Positions 31,468 through 40,593 of a DNA stretch of 64,000 bases are shown here, one piece after another; positions within the stretch are counted from its first letter, which is position 1; every line of letters begins with the position of its first letter. The position numbers and the translations under genes were made by a program. Below the pieces are notes generated by a model. It saw nothing but the letters and a program-made list of their open reading frames with translations, was not told the DNA's origin and did no database searches. The stretch comes from Promethearchaeota archaeon (GTDB lineage: Archaea > Asgardarchaeota > Lokiarchaeia > Sigyniarchaeales > SOKP01), in the NCBI GenBank assembly GCA_019058365.1, contig JAHPZE010000005.1, positions 160,001-224,000 on the forward strand. Direction: 5' to 3'.

Positions 31468-32175
31468 ATGACATTAGTAGTTTGTTTAAAAGGGAAGGAT
31501 GGTCTAGTTCTTGCTGCTGATAGTCGTGGTACAATAGGAGATCCTAGAGGCTTAACAGCAATTAATGATTCAATGATTAAACTTTTTAAACTTAGTAATT
31601 ATGTAGGAGTTTTATCCTACGGTCAGGCAGAATTAGCTGCTCAATTAATACAAGAAATTAGAAATATATTAACGCCAGAAGATCATTACATCTCTCAAAT
31701 TGTAGCCAAAACAAGAAATATATTAAGAGCTAAATTTAATGAATGGTTTAAAAATATACCAATTGATAAAAGAGATAAAATTGTTGCTATAGGCTTTATT
31801 ATAGCTGGTCTTGAAGATGATAATACTGTAAAAACTTATTATTTAAATAGCGTTCTTGATTTTGCTCCTCAATTAGTAGTAACTGGTATAGCACTGGGAG
31901 GCGTACCACAATATGCGACATATTTAACTCATCGACTTTTTAATCCTGATATGTCAATTGAAGAATTGGTGAGTTTAGCACATTATGTTATAACTGAAAC
32001 AGCAACTCAAGATCCTAAAGTAGGTGGACCTGTTAAAGTAGTCAAAATAACAATAGAAAATGGTTATGAATCATTAAGTCAATCTGATTTAGATGAAATT
32101 AAAAAAAATAATGAAAAAATTAATAAAACATTGCAACATTGTTTTTATGTGGGTGATGATAGTGAAGAAGAATAA
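31468..32175 (+). CDS. Proteasome-beta-like Ntn protease without propeptide
   Basis: (M)TLVV..GKDGLVLAADSR gives Thr1, Asp17, Arg19; IKLF (Lys33 equivalent); FIIAG; QDPKVGGP. Confidence 0.85.
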   Translation: MTLVVCLKGKDGLVLAADSRGTIGDPRGLTAINDSMIKLFKLSNYVGVLSYGQAELAAQLIQEIRNILTPEDHYISQIVAKTRNILRAKFNEWFKNIPIDKRDKIVAIGFIIAGLEDDNTVKTYYLNSVLDFAPQLVVTGIALGGVPQYATYLTHRLFNPDMSIEELVSLAHYVITETATQDPKVGGPVKVVKITIENGYESLSQSDLDEIKKNNEKINKTLQHCFYVGDDSEEE

Positions 32176-32326
32176 ATACGAAGAAAAGCCTGTAGTTTAT
32201 AGCTATGATACATCTACTATAACACCTAATTTTTCAACTTATAATATTTGCTATTCATACCAAGAAATCTTAGAGGAACCTACAAATAAAAACATTTTAC
32301 CATTCATCAAAAAGGAAAGAAAATAG
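32153..32326 (+). CDS. Small ORF overlapping the protease stop
   Basis: MIVKKNKYEE... preceded by GGGTG; start estimated. Confidence 0.35.
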   Translation: MMIVKKNKYEEKPVVYSYDTSTITPNFSTYNICYSYQEILEEPTNKNILPFIKKERK

Positions 32327-32504
32327 ATTTAATCTCCTTATTTTTAATTAATTTTTCCATAAAATTATTAATTTCACAAATTATTTCCTATATTTTTTCC
32401 CTATATTTAACCCTTTTTTATATAACAATTAATTTGGTGATTTTTCACACTTAAAAGGGTTGATTAAATCTCTTTAATAAATAATATTTGGGATAAATCT
32501 TGAT

Positions 32505-32774
32505 TTAAAAAATATCTATTCCTCCTCCCCAATGTTTTTGATAATATCTCTTAATCACAATATATTTTTTCTTATATTCCTTATCTTTATCTTTCCATTT
32601 AAAATCTTTAGATAAATCCATTAGTACTTGATAATTATGATAAAAATCTTCTTCTGCTGTATTTGTTACAATCGCCAATATCATATTATTTATCAGTCTC
32701 TTAACTTTCTTTCTTTTACTTATACCTTTGGATAAATCTTTTACAATATCATATCCATCTTTAATTTTACCCAT
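32505..32774 (-). CDS. Small basic hypothetical protein
   Basis: Open 89-codon frame with GTGAG upstream. Confidence 0.55.
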   Translation of the reverse strand: MGKIKDGYDIVKDLSKGISKRKKVKRLINNMILAIVTNTAEEDFYHNYQVLMDLSKDFKWKDKDKEYKKKYIVIKRYYQKHWGGGIDIF

Positions 32775-32815
32775 ATAATACTCACTTACTACTTTTTATT
32801 CTTATTATCTTTATA

Positions 32816-33597
32816 TTAGTGTTTTATAACTATGCATCTTATTATCGTATCTCCGTCTTGGTTAAAATCTTTTACAAAGCATCTATATCTCTAATATTTC
32901 CTCCTTTATCATACACTAAGAATAGGATATTCTTCCACTTCTTAGAGTATGGTTGTATATCAGCAGACATCTCTTCAATTATTTGCTTTATTTTATCTTT
33001 TTTATCTAGAAATTTAACCTCTATTGCTATAATTAATTTCTTTTGCGTAAAATCAGGAAAGAAAGTTTTTTCTGAAAATTCAATATTTTCTTTTTCTCTT
33101 AAAAAATCATATTCTTTAACATCCAAGAAAGTTTCTAAATAGTCTTGAACATCCCTTTCATTTTCAGGATCGCTTTTTACTATTTTTCTAAAATTCTTCT
33201 CAATATCTTTAATAATCTCAAAGAAATCAATTTTAACTATAGTTTTCTTTAAATCTTCGGGATTTTCTATTAATTCCTCAACTTCCTGTAAATATATTAA
33301 TAATATCTGTTTTACAGTAGGGATTAACTCTATAGCCTCATCTTTTAATCCATGAGTAACTAACATGAATGGAAAGTTAGCTATAATTTGATAATTATGA
33401 AATACTTCTATTCCACATGGTCTTCTATAATAAATAGTTCCGTGTCCTAATTTTTGCATCTCTTTTTGCAAAATTCCAGCATTTGCTTGAATATATTCGA
33501 ATTCCTCTTTTGTAGCTTCCCTATTTTCAATCTTTCTTACAATATTAAGATATATTTCGGCTCTTTCTAGACTTTTTTTTAAGTTTTTTAAGTTCAT
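32816..33597 (-). pseudogene. PD-(D/E)xK nuclease (DpnII/MboI-like REase domain), frameshifted near its C-terminus
   Basis: NERDVQD, RE, PDF...AIEVK, EMSADI..Y, LFLVYD; adding 1 nt near 32875 gives FVKDFNQDGDTIIRCIVIKH* ending at 32816. Confidence 0.78.
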
Positions 33598-34110
33598 TGA
33601 GATAATGGTTTTTTAATTTTTTCTTACTATATTATTTTATTTTTTGTCTGTTAATTCAATCCCTAACTCGATTATTGTACTTCTTAATTTTAAAATAATC
33701 AAATAAATATTTAAATTGATTTATTAAATTATTAAATTACTAATATTATCCTTCTATGAATAAAGAAATTTCTAATTATTTCCTTTAAAACACAAATTAG
33801 CATTTATTTTTTATTAATATTTTTCCTTTCTATTTTTCAATTTTATAACCAAATATTAACATCAGATTTCACACACAAGAGGTTAAGAATTCAATAAATT
33901 AGAACTCTATTTTATTTAAAATAGAAGATAATTACTTTATTAATTAAACCATAATAGGCGATTCAAATTAGAAATAATAGAAAAAAGAGATGTTATAGAC
34001 ACTTATCCTATTCATCCATTATCATTCTTTAATAAATGTTATATAGCTGGAATAGAAGTAAAGGTGCGGGATAAGACAACATTAGTAAAAGTCTGGGAAT
34101 GTAAATAATA

Positions 34111-34386
34111 ATGTTAGCTGAAGTTTTAAGTATTATTACTGTTAGTGTTGTTGTAGCTCATTTGATAAAAGATTTTATAACTGATAGGCGTCAGAAGAAA
34201 TTAGACCAACAAAAACTTCAATTAGAACAGAGTAAGGCAAATGTGGATATGATAACAAAATTACCAGATATATTGGAATCCTTATTTGGTAATTCTCTTA
34301 TTAAAAATCCCAAAGAATTAAAAACAAAGATTAAAGAAATTACAGAAGCATATAAAGATTTTAAAGTAGAAGATATAAAGAAATAA
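34111..34386 (+). CDS. Small protein with N-terminal TM helix and coiled coil
   Basis: MLAEVLSIITVSVVVAHLI followed by a heptad-rich segment. Confidence 0.6.
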   Translation: MLAEVLSIITVSVVVAHLIKDFITDRRQKKLDQQKLQLEQSKANVDMITKLPDILESLFGNSLIKNPKELKTKIKEITEAYKDFKVEDIKK

Positions 34387-34446
34387 TTACTAATATTGAA
34401 GATTCTCACATATGTAGAATGTATAGGTAGTTCATTTTATCATTAT

Positions 34447-34650
34447 TTATTTTTCACCATTATTGTTAAGTTTAGATTTTATGAACAATTCTAACCTTTC
34501 TCGATATGTATCAAACGTATTTAATATATCATCTATTCCAAGACATATCTCTGAATTCTCAAAGATTGGGACAGCAGATAAAGCATCTTCATCTTCTATG
34601 TATTCTCTTATTTCCAATTTTATGTCAAATTTCTTTCTGTTTGATGGCAT
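34447..34650 (-). CDS. Small hypothetical protein
   Basis: Directly follows the RHH gene, with GGAGG-like site upstream. Confidence 0.55.
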   Translation of the reverse strand: MPSNRKKFDIKLEIREYIEDEDALSAVPIFENSEICLGIDDILNTFDTYRERLELFIKSKLNNNGEK

Positions 34651-34653
34651 TGA

Positions 34654-34836
34654 TTAATCCTCTTTCTCTTCCATAATTGGAAATAAGATTCTTCGAACAT
34701 AATGGGAAACTGTTGTATCTTCTTTTTTAGCTTTCTCTTCTAACTCTTTCTTTTGTTTTTTGGTTGAAACACATGAAATTACTTTTTCCAGTCTTTCTTC
34801 ATCTAATTTTTTTTTATTTACCATTTTTAATATCAT
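34654..34836 (-). CDS. Ribbon-helix-helix DNA-binding protein
   Basis: KVISCVSTKKQKKELEEKAKKEDTTVSHYVRRIL. Confidence 0.7.
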   Translation of the reverse strand: MILKMVNKKKLDEERLEKVISCVSTKKQKKELEEKAKKEDTTVSHYVRRILFPIMEEKED

Positions 34837-35241
34837 AAATTTGTTATTAAAAATTATTAAATGTTAATTAAATAATAATTTATTTTTCTATTATTTAAAT
34901 GGAGTGATTTATTTAAAGATTACTGGATTTGTTCTTTATGTCAGGAAGAGTTTATGATTTCTATAGATTATATAAATTATTATTCTGAATCCATTTAAAG
35001 AATTTCAGATTATAGTATTAAGGGAATATTAAGTCATATATAGATAATTTTAGGTCAATATTTAGTTAATATTAAGTAATCTATAAAATTATAATTCCAC
35101 CCAAAGAAAATCTATATATTCTTTAGCTGAAATTTAGAAATAAAGTTTCTATTAACTTTTAATATATTAAATTATATCATATTCACTATAAAAATAATAA
35201 ACATTAAATTCTTTTTTCATACAATTAAATATTTATAAAAA

Positions 35242-36009
35242 TTAAGGTTCGATCATTAATAGTGTATTATAATCAATTTCATTTAGTTTTTTTGCTAATT
35301 TATATAATTCTTGCCTAATTGAAGTTAAATCTAATTCATCTGTGCAAATCTCCTGAAATTTTTTAAAGATTTTAAATAAAAGTCCATACAATAAATCCAG
35401 ATTATTATTATGATAAAAAGCTCTCAGTAAATCCCATTTACTAAATATAAAAAATCGTTCAGCAATGTATAAATTATTTCTTAAATATTTTGATATATTT
35501 TCTAAAAATTCTGGACTTTTAAAAATTTCTCTTTTTACACTCAAACCTATAGCCCATTGTTCAATATATTTTTGTGGTACTTCATCAAAATTTTTATTCA
35601 CAAACCAGTCAGCATAAAACTCTTTGAATATTCCTAAAAGAGTATAACAAAGCTTTTGAATAGAATCATTAGGAAAATTGGTTTTATCAAAAATATTATC
35701 TATTCTTAGGAGTTGCGAATGTCCAAACTCGTGTCTAGCAAAATAATGAAAAATATCTTTTAGATCTTCGTGTGAATAATTAGAATCATCAAAAATTTCT
35801 TTCTTTAATATATTTTCGTTATATTTAATCTCGAAATAATTATTTTCAGACATACATAAAAAAAATTCTTCATATAATGGATACGTAATTAATTTTCCTT
35901 TTTCATCATTTTTTAATATTTTATAGGTTTTTTTAGGAGAAAATTTCTTATTTAAATGCTCTATTTCTAATTTAAAATTGTTTATCATTTCATCTAAAGA
36001 GGATTCCAT
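35242..36009 (-). CDS. HEXXH zincin-like metallopeptidase domain protein
   Basis: ARHEFGHS plus downstream KEFYAD (ExxA, third ligand). Confidence 0.65.
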   Translation of the reverse strand: MESSLDEMINNFKLEIEHLNKKFSPKKTYKILKNDEKGKLITYPLYEEFFLCMSENNYFEIKYNENILKKEIFDDSNYSHEDLKDIFHYFARHEFGHSQLLRIDNIFDKTNFPNDSIQKLCYTLLGIFKEFYADWFVNKNFDEVPQKYIEQWAIGLSVKREIFKSPEFLENISKYLRNNLYIAERFFIFSKWDLLRAFYHNNNLDLLYGLLFKIFKKFQEICTDELDLTSIRQELYKLAKKLNEIDYNTLLMIEP

Positions 36010-37167
36010 TTTAATCTTTTAATCTTTTTTAAATTTTAAAATTAACTATTTAGATTCATTATATTTAACATTGTTCTGAATCTTTCTGTCTTAAAGTCTT
36101 TTTTATCTATTATCTCCCTCCTCTCTGCTGTTCCTTCTAAATAATTAGCTGTATTTAATATTTAAAAAATATCCCGTTTTAGGTTATTTTAGGTATGGAA
36201 AAATTTTAATTAATAAGAAATTACATAAAATTAAAAAAAATATAATTTTGGTATATTCTCTTAATTTTGATACCCTATTTACAACCTATTAAATCTATAT
36301 ACCATGATATATTAGTCTTATACCTCTATTAACTTAAATTTAGATTAAAGCAATTTAATTTACTTTTTTTTCTTTTTTTTCCTTCTAAATATTCTATTTT
36401 AAGATTTGATTCCAATATTATGTTGGAGTCTTCTTTTTCTCCTTATAGATTCATGGAAAACATGAAATTTATAAAGGAAATAAAAAATGATCAAATTACC
36501 CTTAAATAAAATAAAAATAATAGAAAAAGAGTGATGAAAAAATGCCTTATGATAGTGATGGTTTTCCTGCTTCAGGAAATACCTATTTTGAAATTTCTAA
36601 AGATGTCTATTTTAAGATTTTAAAGGTCTTAAAAAAGATTACGAAAAGGAAATAGAAGCAATATTGAAACCAACGAAGACTATAACCTATATAGAACCCT
36701 TAACAAAACAGGATATTCTTGGGATTGTATCCCTTTTTGGTTGGAAAAGAATTTCCCTAATGTTAATGGAGAAAAATTTGAAGATTTAAGAGCTTCTTTT
36801 AAGATATTTGTAGAAGGTTCTAAAAACAATACCAAACTTAAGAAATATTTAAATGAAGAAGGGATTCATGGCAACGCAGTTAACTTAAAAAGAAAGAAAA
36901 TTGAAACTACAACAATTACTCATAACTAAGAAAATAATGAATTTCCTCTTAATGAAATGTCTTAATCTTAAATTGAAATAAAAGAATAATCAATTCATTT
37001 ATTCTTTACTTTTTTTATTTAATAATTAGAATCATTAAGTTGAAAATTAAAACAATTTTTTTATTTGTCTGTGTAATTTGTTAATGATTTCTCTAGTCAA
37101 ATTATTTGGGTATTAAAATAATAGACTAACAATATATTTATTATTCTAACGTGTCTATAATTTTAAT

Positions 37168-37821
37168 ATGTCAAGATTCGATATTTCTGAATTAAAAATT
37201 TCTGCTTATTGTCCTCATTGTAATCAATATACATTAATTACAAGAGTAGAGAATAATGTTCAATGGGAAATAAGACAAAATTGTGGTATTATAGCGTTGT
37301 GTGTCTATAAAATAAGAAATATTGAACATTATTGGTGGATAGGAGAATGCCATAATTGTAATGGAGTAGTTTTAGTTCTAAATCAAGGTATTGAGATTTA
37401 TCCAAGACCAAAACCAGAAGAAAGTGATAAAAGGATTCCAAGAAACGTTAAAGAAGACTTTGATGAAGCGAAAATGTGTTTTAGTGTTAATTGCTATCGC
37501 GCTAGTGCTGCGATATCTCGAAGAGCATTAGAGACTTGCTGTATTGATAAAGGAGCCGATAAAAACAAAAACTTACAAGGAATGATAGAAGATTTATTCA
37601 ATTTAGGCATAATTACGAAAGAAGTAAAGGAATGGGCAGATACAGTTCGATGGATTGGAAATGACGCAGTTCATGTAAATGCTAATAATGTAGTAAGAGA
37701 AGATGCTGAAGACATATTGGATTTAGCTAAACAGATATTTCATATTGTTTATATTGCTCCTGCTATAGCTAAATCAAGACAACAAAAAAGAAAACAAAGT
37801 AAATCAGGAAAAACACCCTAA
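37168..37821 (+). CDS. Zn-ribbon plus DUF4145 (HEPN-superfamily) protein
   Basis: CPHC...CHNC; DFDEA..C, ASAAISRRALE, VRWIGNDAVH (Rx4-6H). Confidence 0.85.
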   Translation: MSRFDISELKISAYCPHCNQYTLITRVENNVQWEIRQNCGIIALCVYKIRNIEHYWWIGECHNCNGVVLVLNQGIEIYPRPKPEESDKRIPRNVKEDFDEAKMCFSVNCYRASAAISRRALETCCIDKGADKNKNLQGMIEDLFNLGIITKEVKEWADTVRWIGNDAVHVNANNVVREDAEDILDLAKQIFHIVYIAPAIAKSRQQKRKQSKSGKTP

Positions 37822-38584
37822 CAGCCATAGAATGGCTTAGCAACCTTATTAATTAATCATTAACTTATATCAATACAATAATGAATTTTTGAGTAAATAT
37901 TAAATTAAAAAAAAATAATATAGAAATAGTGGAGGAATACAATTTAGGCGGTGCTTAATCACGAAGCCATCTGTCTAAATTTATTCTTCCCAATTCTATA
38001 TTTGTTTTTAGTTCTTTTCTAGTTTCCCGACTAATTAATATTACAATCTTTTGTCGGGAAGAGTCCGTGTATGATATTTTTATGTCTATCATAACAAGAT
38101 TTGGATATTTCACATTATTTAAAATAAAAATTATTAACCTGTTAAATAACTTAAATACTTGGATAAACATTTATCATTTTTTCATCAAATAATTAAAATA
38201 TTTTTAGGTAAAATTCTATCCATTTTTGTATGTATCCCACACACCTCCTATTCGTAGCATATATTTGAAGGTAGTCTCATATTATTTTTTTCATGTAAGT
38301 CCGCAATGGTTTGGTTAAAAGGGTACTACACATATGTCCATTAATGTGGGATTTCACACATTTTCAAATATTCATGAATTATTCATTATAATTGAAGGAA
38401 TCTCATATACTTTAACCAGCTTCCAAGAAAATATTGTGAGATCTGTATAAATTATGTATAGAGAGTTATTATGTTCTTATAGTTAGTTGTTAAAAGAAAG
38501 CCATTAAGTAATCTTACCCCAATACCTATTTTCAACACCCTCTTTATGAATTAAGTGTAAAAATAATAATCTCTGAATACTTTC

Positions 38585-39544
38585 TTAGTTAAGAGTTATT
38601 ATTCTATTAGGTTTACACACTATCTTATCTCCATCATTGAATGGATCAATTTCTTTAATTAAAATCTTCTGATTCCAAGTTGGATTAAGAAACACAAAGA
38701 AATATTTACATTTATTTTTAATGGCTTCTTCATATTCAAATCTCAAAGAATTTGAACCATTTTCTTTTGATTGATAAAATGTTAATGATGCTTCACGTGA
38801 AAATCGTAATTTTAAGGAATAATTCTTGTTATTCCATATTATATCTGAAACATGTTCATTATGAGCAACTATCTCATGTAGAAATTCTTTTGGAATTCCT
38901 AATTTTAAAGCATACCAATCTTCAAATAAATCGCATAACCTATACTTTTCATGTCTATGATTTCTCATTAATTTAGCATGTTTATCTATAAAAGATTATG
39001 TAATATCAACATTTTCATCATCTATCTGCTGGTATGTTTTATCGAAACATAATCCCTCTGCTATTCTTGCTATTCTATCATCTTTAATTGACTTTCTCAC
39101 ATAAGCAGGAAAAGTTAATTCTTTCCTGTCGTACTCCTTTTTATTTTCCTCTATTAGAAATAGTAAAAATCCTAATTGATAAGTTATAAGATTTCCTTGT
39201 TCTAAGGCTTCTTCTTAATGAATAATAATTTCATTAATCTCTTTAAATTTGGATTTATGAATACTTTTTATCTCCTTTTTAACGTATTCAATTATTTCTT
39301 TTTGTAATTCAACTATGTCTTTATTAAATATATCGTCTGCTATTACCTCTGAATGACCTCTTATGTTCCAATAATCATTTCTTAATCTTGCCTCATTAAA
39401 ACAATGTTTTTCTTTTTTGTCGATTGCTTTATCATCTTCTTTGGCAATTTTTATTTGTTCTTCTATCTCATCACTAGGACGTCCTAAAATCCTGTAATAT
39501 TCTTCATACCATTTATCTGGTTTAATATTTGATGAATTCAACAT
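38585..39544 (-). pseudogene. Single ~320-codon gene (possible HTH plus nuclease-like C-terminus) broken by two in-frame TAA codons
   Basis: Track ORFs 39215-39544 and 38585-38968 share a frame; the 82 codons between them are open except TAA at 38996-38998. Confidence 0.75.
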
Positions 39545-39613
39545 TATTATTTATTTATTTTTTAATTTCTTTATAATATGATCAATATATTTTTTACAAA
39601 ATTTGCTATTCTT

Positions 39614-40077
39614 TTAATTCAAATACTCATTAAATCTTTCCAAACTCTCTATTAAATCCTTTTTACTTTCTAACTTTACATATTTCTTTTCTATCATTTG
39701 CCCTCTTGCGTCTACAACAATTTTTGTAAATATGAAAGTAACTATTTTTATGATTAAATAGCTTAAAACTAATGTATAGGTTGTATCTTTACCAAAAATT
39801 TTTTCTTGGAGAATAACTACCAATCCAATTGAAAATGTTATTGAAATAATTAATGTAGAAAATAAAAATCTAATTCCAAATTTGTTTATTCCAATAGAGT
39901 TTAGTTCCCAAATAGTCTTTGGTGCTGAATTCTTATATATATACCTCTTAATATAAGATATGCGAAAAATCGGCTAATTATGCTGATTATAACAGAAACT
40001 AAGAATATTGCTATTATAACAATAAAGAAATTCAAAATATGATGGGTTTTTACTATTACTTTTTTTCTTTTTTGCAA
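39614..40077 (-). pseudogene. Three-TM membrane protein frameshifted at an (AT)n tract near 39934-39943
   Basis: Manual translation from TTG at 40077: ..LNFFIVIIAIFLVSVIISIISRFFAYLILRGIY, then a 2-nt shift, then KNSAPKTIWELN...LVVILQEK (joins track ORF). Confidence 0.65.
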
Positions 40078-40253
40078 TTTTTCAACTCTTCCTGAATTAT
40101 TTTTTCAAATTTATCTGTATTTTTCATAAAATAATTTAACAATTTTCTCAATATTTCTGAACGGGATGATTTAAGTTCATATTTCTTATCATTAATGAAT
40201 TTAATCTGCTCATCATATAAATGAAAAGATGTACGCTCTGTTATTTTAATCAT
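40056..40253 (-). CDS. CopG/RHH DNA-binding protein
   Basis: RTSFHLYDEQIKFI...SSRSEILRKLL; GAGG upstream. Confidence 0.8.
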   Translation of the reverse strand: MIKITERTSFHLYDEQIKFINDKKYELKSSRSEILRKLLNYFMKNTDKFEKIIQEELKNCKKEKK

Positions 40254-40593
40254 ATCCTCTATTTATTTATTTTTTTATTTTCCTATTATTTTATTAATTT
40301 TATAATCGAAAAAGGTTATATTTAAATGGAATTATTTAATCAAAGCTATATATAGATTAGGAAGATTAAATTCATGAAATATATATCTTTCATAAATAAT
40401 CTCTATTCTAAGATTTCTATAGTTATTTTAGCTTTCTTATTTTTCACTAATTCATATTCTCTCGTAATTTTGATAGGAAAACACAAATAAATCATATTTT
40501 ATATATGGTTTAAAATTCAATCTATCAGAATAAGGATAATTTTATAACAATGTAAATGAAATATTAATTATAAAAGAAAAAAATCTGTCTTAA

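Noticed and set aside
31468-32175. Calling the protease a canonical proteasome beta subunit or connectase
   Set aside because: It lacks the propeptide and GSG motif of canonical beta and does not resemble connectase beyond the first strands; family left open.
36450-36929. Fragmentary reading frames here and at about 33950-34108
   Set aside because: They look like decayed genes, but no family is recognisable by eye.
38585-39544. TAA stop-codon reassignment in the element
   Set aside because: Intact element genes end at TAA, and neighbouring genes also carry frameshifts; ordinary decay is simpler.
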